Assembly: GCA_964016885.1 (NCBI GenBank)
Contig: OZ024741.1
Coordinates: forward strand, 246,016,001-246,080,000
DNA: 64,000 bases
Reading direction: 5' to 3'
Source of the DNA: Eledone cirrhosa
Taxonomy: Eukaryota
The position numbers and the translations under genes were made by a program. Under the pieces are notes generated by a model that was given only the letters and a program-made list of their open reading frames with translations, ran no database searches and was not told the DNA's origin. Shown piece after piece: positions 1 through 12,018 of this stretch. Each line of letters opens with the position of its first letter. Position 1 is the stretch's first letter.

Positions 1-199
1 TATCTCCCCTTGGACGGCTGGAAATTATCTCCCCTTGATTTTTTTTACAAATTATCTCCCCCTTTTTTTTTTTTACAAATTATCTCCCCCTGATTTTTTT
101 TTACAAATTATCTCCCCCTGATTTTTTTTTACAAATTATCTCCCCCTGATTTTTTTTACAAATTATCTCCCCCCTGATTTTTTTACAAATTATCTCCCC

Positions 200-823
200 T
201 TGGCTGGCTGGAAATTATCTCCCCTTGGAGGCTGGAACTTATCTCCCCTTGGACGGCTAGAAATTACCTCTCCTTGGACGGCTGGAAAATATGTCTCCTT
301 GGACGGCTGGATATTATCTCCCCTTGGACGGCTGGAAATTATCTCCCCTTGGACGGCTGGAAATTATCTCCCCTTGGATGGCTAGATATTACCTCCCCTT
401 GGACGGCTGGAAATTATCTCCCCTTGATTTTTTTAACAAATTATCTCCCCCTGATTTTTTTTTACAAATGATCTCCCCCTGATTTTTTTTAAAAAATTAT
501 CTCCCCCTGATTTTTGTTTACAAATTATCTCCGCCTGATTTTTTTTAACAAATTATCTCCCCTTGGACGGCTGGAAATTATCTCCCCTTGGACGGCTGGA
601 AATTATATCTCCTTGGACGGCTAGAATTTACCTCTCCTTGGACGGCTGAAAATTATCTCCCCTTGGACGGCTGGAAATTATCTCCCCTTGATTTTTTTTA
701 CAAATCATCTCCCCCTGATTTTTTTTTACAAATTATCTCCCCCTGATTTTTTTTACAAATTATCTCCCCCTGATTTTTTTTTACAAATTATCTCCCCCTG
801 ATTTTTTTACAAATTATCTCCCC
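200..823 (+). repeat. 624-bp higher-order unit, 24 monomers (A9-B5-A5-B5)
   Basis: Counted by hand: 9 A (224 bp) + 5 B (139) + 5 A (125) + 5 B (136) = 624. The diagnostic A9 block (GGAGGCTGGAACTT...AAATATGTCTCC...GGATGGCTAGATATTACC) recurs 624 bp later at 200/824, 1820/2444, 12019/12643, 17165/17789, 23419/24043, 25039/25663, 30133/30757, 31753/32377, 39808/40432, 41456/42080 and 54236/54860. Confidence 0.93.
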
Positions 824-1819
824 TTGGCTGGCTGGAAATTATCTCCCCTTGGAGGCTGGAACTTATCTCCCCTTGGACGGCTAGAAATTACCTCTCCTTG
901 GACGGCTGGAAAATATGTCTCCTTGGACGGCTGGATATTATCTCCCCTTGGACGGCTGGAAATTATCTCCCCTTGGACGGCTGGAAATTATCTCCCCTTG
1001 GATGGCTAGATATTACCTCCCCTTGAACGGCTGGAAATTATCTCCCCTTGATTTTTTTTACAAATTATCTCCCCCTGATTTTTTTTTACAAATTATCTCC
1101 CCCTGATTTTTTTTTACAAATTATCTCCCCCTGATTTTTGTTTACAAATTATCTCCGCCTGATTTTTTTTTAAAAATTATCTCCCCTTGGACGGCTGGAA
1201 ATTATCTCTCCTTGGATGGCTAGATATTACCTCCCCTTGGACGGCTGGAAATTATCTCCCCTTGATCTTTTTACAAATTATCTCCCCCTGATTTTTTTTT
1301 TACAAATTATCTCCCCCTGATTTTTTTTTACAAATTATCTACCCCTGATTTTTTTTTACAAATTATCTACCCCTGATTTTTTTTACAAATTATCTCCCCC
1401 TGATTTTTTTTTTACAAATTATCTCCCCCTGATTTTTTTACAAATTATCTCCCACTGATTTTTTTTACAAATTATCTCCGCCTGATTTTTTTAAATATTA
1501 TCTCTCCTTGGCTGGCGGGAAATTATCTCCCCTTGGACGGCTGGAAATTATCTCCCCTTGGAAGGATGGAAATTATCTCCCCTTGGACGGCTGGAAATTA
1601 TCTCTCCTTGGACGGCTAGAATTTACCTCTCCTTGGACGGCTGAAAATTATCTCCCCTTGAACGGCTGGAAATTATCTCCCCTTGATTTTTTTTACAAAT
1701 TATCTCCCCCTTTTTTTTTTTTACAAATTATCTCCCCCTGATTTTTTTTTACAAATTATCTCCCCCTGATTTTTTTTACAAATTATCTCCCCCCTGATTT
1801 TTTTACAAATTATCTCCCC
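200..1819 (+). repeat. 1,620-bp higher-order unit (624 + 996 bp)
   Basis: A9-block pairs repeat at +1620: 200->1820, 824->2444, 23419->25039, 30133->31753. The spacing is +1648 (one extra 28-bp B) at 39808->41456. Confidence 0.85.
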
Positions 1820-4787
1820 TTGGCTGGTTGGAAATTATCTCCCCTTGGAGGCTGGAACTTATCTCCCCTTGGACGGCTAGAAATTACCTCTCCTTGGACG
1901 GCTGGAAAATATGTCTCCTTGGACGGCTGGATATTATCTCCCCTTGGACGGCTGGAAATTATCTCCCCTTGGACGGCTGGAAATTATCTCCCCTTGGATG
2001 GCTAGATATTACCTCCCCTTGGACGGCTGGAAATTATCTCCCCTTGATTTTTTTAACAAATTATCTCCCCCTGATTTTTTTTACAAATTATCTCCCCCTG
2101 ATTTTTTTTAAAAAATTATCTCCCCCTGATTTTTGTTTACAAATTATCTCCGCCTGATTTTTTTTAACAAATTATCTCCCCTTGGACGGCTGGAAATTAT
2201 CTCCCCTTGGACGGCTGGAAATTATATCTCCTTGGACGGCTAGAATTTACCTCTCCTTGGACGGCTGAAAATTATCTCCCCTTGGACGGCTGGAAATTAT
2301 CTCCCCTTGATTTTTTTTACAAATTATCTCCCCCTGATTTTTTTTTACAAATTATCTCCCCCTGATTTTTTTTTACAAATTATCTCCCCCTGATTTTTTT
2401 TTACAAATTATCTCCCCCTGATTTTTTTACAAATTATCTCCCCTTGGCTGGCTGGAAATTATCTCCCCTTGGAGGCTGGAACTTATCTCCACTTGGACGG
2501 CTAGAAATTACCTCTCCTTGGACGGCTGGAAAATATGTCTCCTTGGACGGCTGGATATTATCTCCCCTTGGACGGCTGGAAATTATCTCCCCTTGGACGG
2601 CTGGAAATTATCTCCCCTTGGATGGCTAGATATTACCTCCCCTTGGACGGCTGGAAATTATCTCCCCTTGATTTTTTTTACAAATTATCTCCCCCTGATT
2701 TTTTTTTACAAATTATCTCCCCCTGATTTTTTTTTACAAATTATCTCCCCCTGATTTTTGTTTACAAATTATCTCCGCCTGATTTTTTTTTTTAAATTAT
2801 CTCCCCTTGGACGGCTGGAAATTATCTCCCCTTGGACGGCTAGAAATTACCTCTCCTTGGACGGCTGAAAATTATCTCCCCTTGGACGGCTGGAAATTAT
2901 CTCCCCTTGATTTTTTTACAAATTATCTCCCCCTGATTTTTTTTTTACAAATTATCTCCCCCTGATTTTTTTTTACAAATTATCTACCCCTGATTTTTTT
3001 TTACAAATTATCTCCCCCTGATTTTTTTTTACAAATTATCTACCCCTGATTTTTTTTACAAATTATCTCCCCCTGATTTTTTTTACAAATTATCTCCCCC
3101 TGATTTTTTTTTTACAAATTATCTCCCCCTGATTTTTTTACAAATTATCTCCCCCTGATTTTTTTTACAAATTATCTCCGCCGGATTTTTTTAAATATTA
3201 TCTTCCCTTGGCTTGCGGGAAATTATCTCCCCTTGGACGGCTGAAAATTATCTCCCCTTGGACGGCTGGAAATTATCTCCCCTTGATTTTTTTTACAAAT
3301 TATCTCCCCCTGATTTTTTTTACAAATTATCTCCCCCTGATTTTTTTTACAAATTATCTCCCCCTGATTTTTTTTACAAATTATCTCCCCCTGATTTTTT
3401 TTTACAAATTATCTCCCCCTGATTTTTTTACAAATTATCTCCCCCTGATTTTTTTTACAAATTATCTCCGCCTGATTTTTTAAAATATTATCTTCCCTTG
3501 GCTGGCGGGAAATTATCTCCCCTGGACGGCTGGAAATTATCTGCCCTTGATTTTCTTTTTACAAATTAACTTCCACTGATTTTTTTTACAAATTATCTCC
3601 ACCTGATTTTTTTAAAAATTATCTCCCCTTGGAAGGCTGGAAATTATCTCCCCTTGGCTGGAAATTATCTCCCCTTGGACGGCTAGAAATTATCTCTCTT
3701 TGGACGGCTGGAAATTATCACCCCTTGAGTTTTTTACAAATTATCTCCCCCTGATTTTTTTTACAAATCTCCCAGTGATTTTTAAAAAAAAATTATCTTC
3801 CCTTCGCTGGCTGGAAATTATCTCCCCTTGGACGCTGGAAATTATAGCCCCTTGGAGGGCTGGAAATTATCTTCCCTTGGACGGCTGGAAATTACCTCCC
3901 CTTGATTTTTTTTACAAATTATCTCCCCCTGATTTTTTTTTACAAATTATCTCCCCCTGATTTTTTTTTACAACTTATCTGCGCCTGATTTTTTTAAAAA
4001 AATTATCTCCCCTTGGACGGCTGGAAATTATCTCCCTTTGGACGGCTGGAAATTATCTCTCCTTGGACGGCTAGAATTTACCTCTCCTTGGACGGCTGAA
4101 AATTATCTCCCCTTGGACGGCTGGAAATTATCTCCCCTTGATTTTTTTTACAAATTATCTCCCCCTGATTTTTTTTTACAAATTATCTCCCCCTGATTTT
4201 TTTACAAATTATCTCCCACTGATTTTTTTTACAAATTATCTCCGCCTGATTTTTTTAAATATTATCTCTCCTTGGCTGGCGGGAAATTATCTCCCCTTGG
4301 ACGGCTGGAAATTATCTCCCCTTGGAAGGATGGAAATTATCTCCCCTTGGACGGCTGGAAATTATCTACCCCTGATTTTTTTTACAAATTATCTCCCCCT
4401 GATTTTTTTTACAAATTATCTCCCCCTGATTTTTTTTACAAATTATCTACCCCTGATTTTTTTTACAAATTATCTCCCCCTGATTTTTTTTTACAAATTA
4501 TCTCCCCCTGATTTTTTTTACAAATTATCTACCCCTGATTTTTTTACAAATTATCTCCCCCTGATTTTTTTTACAATCTCCGCCTGATTTTTTTAAAAAT
4601 TGTCTTCCCTTGGCTGGCTGGAAATTATCTCCCCTTGGACACTGGAAATTATAGCCCCTTGGAGGGCTGGAAATTATCTTCCCTTGGACGGCTGGAAATT
4701 ATCTCCCCTTGATTTTTTTTACAAATTATCTCCGCCTGATTTTTTTTTACAAATTATCTCCCCCTGATTTTTTTTTACAAATTATCT

Positions 4788-5271
4788 ACCCCTGATTTTT
4801 TTTTACAAATTATCTCCCCCTGATTTTTTTTACAAATTATCTCCCCCTGATTTTTCTTTTACAAATTATCTCCCCCTGATTTTTTTACAAATTATCTCCC
4901 CCTGATTTTTTTTACAAATTATCTCCGCCTGATTTTTTTAAATATTATCTTCCCTTGGCTGGCGGGAAATTATCTCCCCTTGGACGGCTGGAAATTATCT
5001 GCCCTTGATTTTCTTTTTACAAATTATCTACCCCTGATTTTTTTTTACAAATTATCTCCCCCTGATTTTTTTTACAAATTATCTCCCCCTGATTTTTCTT
5101 TTACAAATTATCTCCCCCTGATTTTTTTACAAATTATCTCCCCCTGATTTTTTTTACAAATTATCTCCGCCTGATTTTTTTAAATATTATCTTCCCTTGG
5201 CTGGCGGGAAATTATCTCCCCTTGGACGGCTGGAAATTATCTGCCCTTGATTTTCTTTTTACAAATTATCT
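4788..5271 (+). repeat. Local 242-bp tandem duplication
   Basis: Markers CTACCC (A at 4788 and 5030) and GGCGGGAAA (4961 and 5203) recur at +242. The block is single-copy in the paralogous segment near 28000-28250. Confidence 0.85.
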
Positions 5272-7689
5272 TCCACTGATTTTTTTTACAAATTATCTCC
5301 ACCTGATTTTTTAAAAAATTATCTCCCCTTGGAAGGCTGGAAATTATCTCCCCTTGGACGGCTGGAAATTATCTCCCCTTGGACGGCTAGAAATTATCTC
5401 TCCTTGGACGGCTGAAAATTATCTCCCCTTGGACGGCTGCAAATTATCTCCCCTTGATTTTTTTTACAAATTATCTCCCCCTGATTTTTTTTTACAAATT
5501 ATCTCCCCCTGATTTTTTTTTACAAATTATCTCCCCCTGATTTTTTTTTACAAATTATCTCCCCCTGATTTTTTTTTACAAATTATCTCCCCCTGATTTT
5601 TTTTTACAAATTATCTCCCCCTGATTTTTTTTTACAAATTATCTCCGCCTGATTTTTTTTAAAAATTACCTCCCCTTGGACGGCTGGAAATTATCTCCCC
5701 TTGGACGGCTGGAAATTATCTCCCCTTGGACGGCTAGAAATTATCTCTCCTTGGACGGCTGAAAATTATCTCCCCTTGGACGGCTGCAAATTATCTCCAC
5801 TTGATTTTTTTTACAAATTATCTCCCCCTGATTTTTTTTACAAATTATCTCCCCCTGATTTTTTTTACAAATTATCTACCCCTGATTTTTTTTACAAATT
5901 ATCTCCCCCTGATTTTTTTTTACAAATTATCTCCCCCTGATTTTTTTTTACAAATTATCTCCCCCTGATTTTTCTTTTACAAATTATCTCCCCCTGATTT
6001 TTTTACAAAGTATCTCCCCCTGATTTTTTTTACAATCTCCGCCTGATTTTTTTAAAAATTATCTTCCCTTGGCTGGCGGGAAATTATCTCCCCTTGGACG
6101 GCTGGAAATTATCTCCCCTTGGAAGGATGGAAATTATCTCCCCTTGGACGGCTGGAAATTATCTCCCCTTGCACGGCTGGAAATTATCTCCCCTTGGACG
6201 GATAGATATTACCTCCCCTTGGACGGCTGGAAATTATCTCCCCTTGATTTTTTTACAAATTATCTCCCCCTGATTTATTTTACAAATCTCCCAATGATTT
6301 TTAAAAAAAAATTATCTCCCCTTCGCTGGCTGGAAATTATCTCCCCTTGGACGCTGGAAATTATAGCCCCTTGGAGGGCTGGAAATTATCTTCCCTTGGA
6401 CGGCTGGAAATTATCTCCCCTTGATTTTTTTTACAAATTATCTCCCCCTGATTTTTTTTACAAATTATCTCCCCCTGATTTTTTTTACAAATTATCTACC
6501 CCTGATTTTTTTTACAAATTATCTCCCCCTGATTTTTTTTTACAAATTATCTCCCCCTGATTTTTTTTTACAAATTATCTCCCCCTGATTTTTTTACAAA
6601 TTATCTCCCCCTGATTTTTTTTTACAATCTCCGCCTGATTTTTTTAAAAATTATCTTCCCTTGGCTGGCTGGAAATTATCTCCCCTTGGACACTGGAAAT
6701 TATAGCCCCTTGGAGGGCTGGAAATTATCTTCCCTTGGACGGCTGGAAATTATCTCCCCTTGCACGGCTGGAAATTATCTCCCCTTGGCTGGAAATTATC
6801 TCCCCTTGGACGGCTAGAAATTATCTCTCTTTGGACGGCTGGAAATTATCTCCCTTTGATTTTTTTTACAAATTATCTCCCTCTGATTTTTTTTACAAAT
6901 CTCCCCCTGATTTTTTTAAAAAAATTATCTCCCCTTCGCTGGCTGGAAATTATCTTCCCTTGGACGGCTGGAAATTATCTCCCCTTGATTTTTTTTACAA
7001 ATTATCTCCGCCTGATTTTTTTTTTAAATTATCTCTCCTTGGACGGCTGGAAATTATCTCCCCTTGATTTTTTTTACAAATAATCTCCCCCTGATTTTTT
7101 TTTATAAATTATCTCCCCCTGATTTTTTTTTACAAATTATCTACCCCTGATTTTTTTTTACAAATTATCTCCCCCTGATTTTTTTTACAAATTATCTCCC
7201 CCTGATTTTTCTTTTACAAATTATCTCCCCCTGATTTTTTTACAAATTATCTCCCCCTGATTTTTTTTACAAATTGTCTCCGCCTGATTTTTTTAAATAT
7301 TATCTTCCCTTGGCTGGCGGGAAATTACCTCCCCTTGGACGGCTGGAAATTATCTGCCCTTGATTTTCTTTTTACAAATTATCTTCCACTGATTTTTTTT
7401 ACAAATTATCTCCACCTGATTTTTTAAAAAATTATCTCCCCTTGGAAGGCTGGAAATTATCTCCCCTTGGACGGCTAGAAATTATCTCTCTTTGGACGGC
7501 TGGAAATTATCACCCCTTGAGTTTTTTACAAATTATCTCCCCCTGATTTTTTTTACAAATCTCCCAGTGATTTTTAAAAAAAAATTATCTCCCCTTCGCT
7601 GGCTGGAAATTATCTCCCCTTGGACGCTGGAAATTATAGCCCCTTGGAGGGCTGGAAATTATCTTCCCTTGGACGGCTGGAAATTATCT

Positions 7690-8760
7690 CCCCTTGGACG
7701 GCTGGAAATTATATCTCCTTGGACGGCTAGAATTTACCTCTCCTTGGACGGCTGAAAATTATCTCCCCTTGGACGGCTGGAAATTATCTCCCCTTGATTT
7801 TTTTTACAAATTATCTCCCCCTGATTTTTTTTTACAAATTATCTCCCCCTGATTTTTTTTTACAAATTATCTCCCCCTGATTTTTTTTTACAAATTATCT
7901 CCCCCTGATTTTTTTACAAATTATCTCCCCTTGGCTGGCTGGAAATTATCTCCCCTTGGAGGCTGGAACTTATCTCCACTTGGACGGCTAGAAATTACCT
8001 CTCCTTGGACGGCTGGAAAATATGTCTCCTTGGACGGCTGGATATTATCTCCCCTTGGACGGCTGGAAATTATCTCCCCTTGGACGGCTGGAAATTATCT
8101 CCCCTTGGATGGCTAGATATTACCTCCCCTTGGACGGCTGGAAATTATCTCCCCTTGATTTTTTTTACAAATTATCTCCCCCTGATTTTTTTTTACAAAT
8201 TATCTCCCCCTGATTTTTTTTTACAAATTATCTCCCCCTGATTTTTGTTTACAAATTATCTCCGCCTGATTTTTTTTTTTAAATTATCTCCCCTTGGACG
8301 GCTGGAAATTATCTCCCCTTGGACGGCTAGAAATTACCTCTCCTTGGACGGCTGAAAATTATCTCCCCTTGGACGGCTGGAAATTATCTCCCCTTGATTT
8401 TTTTACAAATTATCTCCCCCTGATTTTTTTTTTACAAATTATCTCCCCCTGATTTTTTTTTACAAATTATCTACCCCTGATTTTTTTTTACAAATTATCT
8501 CCCCCTGATTTTTTTTTACAAATTATCTACCCCTGATTTTTTTTACAAATTATCTCCCCCTGATTTTTTTTACAAATTATCTCCCCCTGATTTTTTTTTT
8601 ACAAATTATCTCCCCCTGATTTTTTTACAAATTATCTCCCCCTGATTTTTTTTACAAATTATCTCCGCCGGATTTTTTTAAATATTATCTTCCCTTGGCT
8701 TGCGGGAAATTATCTCCCCTTGGACGGCTGAAAATTATCTCCCCTTGGACGGCTGGAAAT
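7690..8760 (+). repeat. ~1-kb copy of ~2200-3270 (offset 5,487)
   Basis: ORF markers 2444/7931, 2518/8005 and 3208/8695. Shared rare variants CTCCACTT, CCGCCGGA and GGCTTGCGGG. Confidence 0.8.
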
Positions 8761-11700
8761 TATCTCCCCTTGCACGGCTGGAAATTATCTCCCCTTGGAC
8801 GGCTAGAAATTATCTCTCTTTGGACGGCTGGAAATTATCTCCCTTTGATTTTTTTTACAAATTATCTCCCTCTGATTTTTTTTACGAATCTCCCCCTGAT
8901 TTTTTTAAAAAAATTATCTCCCCTTCGCTGGCTGGAAATTATCTCCCCTTGGACACTGGAAATTATAGCCCCTTGGAGGGCTGGAAATTATCTTCCCTTG
9001 GACGGCTGGAAATTATCTCCCCCTGATTTTTTTTACAAATTATCTCCGCCTTATTTTTTTAAAAAGTTATCTCTCCTTGGACGGCTGGAAATTATCTCCC
9101 CTTGATTTTTTTTACAAATAATCTCCCCCTGATTTTTTTTTACAAATTATCTCCCCCTGATTTTTTTTTACAAATTATCTACCCCTGATTTTCTTTTACA
9201 AATTATCTCCCCCTGATTTTTGTTACAAATTATCTCCCCCTGATTTTTCTTTTACAAATTATCTCCCCCTGATTTTTTTTACAAATTATCTCCGCCTGAT
9301 TTTTTTAAATATTATCTTCCCTTGGCTGGCGGGAAATTATCTCCCCTTGGATGGCTGGAAATTATCTGCCCTTGATTTTCTTTTTACAAATTATCTTCCA
9401 CTGATTTTTTTTACAAATTATCTCCACCTGATTTTTTTAAAAATTATCTCCCCTTGGAAGGCTGGAAATTATCTCCCCTTGGCTGGAAATTATCTCCCCT
9501 TGGACGGCTAGAAATTATCTCTCTTTGTACGGCTGGAAATTATCACCCCTTGAGTTTTTTACAAATTATCTACCCCTGATTTTTTTTACAAATCTCCCAG
9601 TGTTTTTTAAAAAAAATTATCTCCCCTTCGCTGGCTGGAAATTATCTCCCCTTGGACGCTGGAAATTATAGCCCCTTGGAGGGCTGGAAATTATCTTCCC
9701 TTGGACGGCTGGAAATTATCTCCCCTTGATTTTTTTTACAAATTATCTCCCCCTGATTTTTTTTTACAAATTATCTCCCCCTGATTTTTTTTTACAACTT
9801 ATCTGCGCCTGATTTTTTTAAAAAAATTATCTTCCCTTGGACGGCTGGAAATTATCTCCCCTTGGACGGCTGGAAATTATCTCTCCTTGGACGGCTAGAA
9901 TTTACCTCTCCTTGGACGGCTGAAAATTATCTCCCCTTGGACGGCTGGAAATTATCTCCCCTTGATTTTTTTTACAAATTATCTCCCCCTGATTTTTTTT
10001 TACAAATTATCTGCCCCTGATTTTTTTTTACAAATTATCTCCCCCTGATTTTTTTTTTAAAATTATCTCCCCCTGATTTTTTTTACAAATTATCTCCCCC
10101 TGATTTTTTTACAAATTATCTCCCCTTGGCTGGCTGGAAATTATCTCCCCTTGGAGGCTGGAACTTATGTCCCCTTGGACGGCTAGAAATGACCTCTCCT
10201 TGGACGGCTGGAAAATATGTCTCCTTGGACGGCTGGATATTATCTCCCCTTGGACGGCTGGAAATTATCTCCCCTTGGACGGCTGGAAATTATCTCCCCT
10301 TGGATGGCTAGATATTACCTCCCCTTGGACGGCTGGAAATTATCTCCCCTTGATTTTTTTTACAAATTATCTCCCCCTGATTTTTTTTTACAAATTTTCT
10401 CCCCCTGATTTTTGTTTACAAATTATCTCCGCCTGATTTTTTTTTAAAAATTATCTCCCCTTGGACGGCTGGAAATTATCTCCCCTTGGACGGCTAGAAA
10501 TTACCTCTCCTTGGACGGCTGAAAATTATCTCCCCTTGGACGGCTGGAAATTATCTCCCCTTGATTTTTTTACAAATAATCTCCCCCTGATTTTTTTTTA
10601 CAAATTATCTCCCCCTGATTTTTTTTTTACAAATTATCTCCCCCTGATTTTTTTTTACAAATTATCTACCCCTGATTTTTTTTACAAATTATCTCCCCCT
10701 GATTTTTTTTACAAATTATCTCCCCCTGATTTTTTTTTACAAATTATCTCCCCCTGATTTTTTTACAAATTATCTCCCCCTGATTTTTTTTACAAATTAT
10801 CTCCGCCTGATTTTTTTAAATATTATCTTCCCTTGGCTGGCGGGAAATTATCTCCCCTTGGACGGCTGAAAATTATCTCCCCTTGGACGGCTGGAAATTA
10901 TCTCCCCTTGATTCTTTTTACAAATTATCTCCCCCTGATTTTTTTTTACAAATTATCTCCCCCTGATTTTTTTACAAATTATCTCCCCCTGATTTTTTTT
11001 TACAAATTATCTCCCCTTGATTTTTTTTACAAATTATTTCCCTCTGATTTTTTTGCAAATTATCTCCCCCTGATTTTTTTTTTACAAATTATCTCCCCCT
11101 GATTTTTTTTTACAAATTATCTCCCCCTGATTTTTTTTTACAAATTATCTCCCCCTGATTTTTTTTACAAATTATCTCCCCCCTGATTTTTTTACAAATT
11201 ATCTCCCCTTGGCTGGCTGGAAATTATCTCCCCTTGGAGGCTGGAACTTATCTCCCCTTGGACGGCTAGAAATTACCTCTCCTTGGACGGCTGGAAAATA
11301 TGTCTCCTTGGACGGCTGGATATTATCTCCCCTTGGACGGCTGGAAATTATCTCCCCTTGGACGGCTGGAAATTATCTCCCATTGGATGGCTAGATATTA
11401 CCTCCCCTTGGACGGCTGGAAATTATCTCCCCTTGATCTTTTTACAAATTATCTCCCCCTGATTTTTTTTTTACAAATTATCTCCCCCTGATTTTTTTTT
11501 ACAAATTATCTACCCCTGATTTTTTTTTACAAATTATCTCCCCCTGATTTTTTTTACAAATTATCTCCCCCTGATTTTTTTTTTACAAATTATCTCCCCC
11601 TGATTTTTTTACAAATTATCTCCCACTGATTTTTTTTACAAATTATCTCCGCCTGATTTTTTTAAATATTATCTCTCCTTGGCTGGCGGGAAATTATCTC

Positions 11701-12018
11701 CCCTTGGACGGCTGGAAATTATCTCCCCTTGGAAGGATGGAAATTATCTCCCCTTGGACGGCTGGAAATTATCTCTCCTTGGACGGCTAGAATTTACCTC
11801 TCCTTGGACGGCTGAAAATTATCTCCCCTTGAACGGCTGGAAATTATCTCCCCTTGATTTTTTTTACAAATTATCTCCCCCTTTTTTTTTTTTACAAATT
11901 ATCTCCCCCTGATTTTTTTTTACAAATTATCTCCCCCTGATTTTTTTTTACAAATTATCTCCCCCTGATTTTTTTTACAAATTATCTCCCCCCTGATTTT
12001 TTTACAAATTATCTCCCC

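Larger units (their letters stand above)
1..5029 (+). repeat. ~5-kb segment near-identical to 23220-28248 (offset 23,219)
   Basis: Identical ORF translations at a constant offset: 200/23419, 824/24043, 1508/24727, 1820/25039, 2444/25663, 3208/26427, 3700/26919, 4138/27357, 4272/27491. One substitution noticed (1369 A vs 24588 C). Confidence 0.9.

Noticed and set aside
98-112. Resemblance to the yeast ARS consensus (TTTTACAAATT), plasmid iterons or DnaA boxes
   Set aside because: Only 9/11 match to WTTTAYRTTTW, no TTATCCACA, no rep gene, and the scale is incompatible with an iteron origin.
85-190. Poly-T tracts as Rho-independent or Pol III terminators
   Set aside because: No preceding GC hairpin and no upstream gene or A/B-box. 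The tracts are integral parts of the monomer.
511-525. Forkhead consensus TGTTTAC in a B variant, next to the GATA motif
   Set aside because: It arises from a single T-to-G change in a T-tract that was amplified with the HOR, so there is no independent evidence of function.
1508-1520. Chi-like GCTGGCGG (E. coli Chi is GCTGGTGG)
   Set aside because: One mismatch, present only in a minority boundary monomer, and nothing suggests a RecBCD context.
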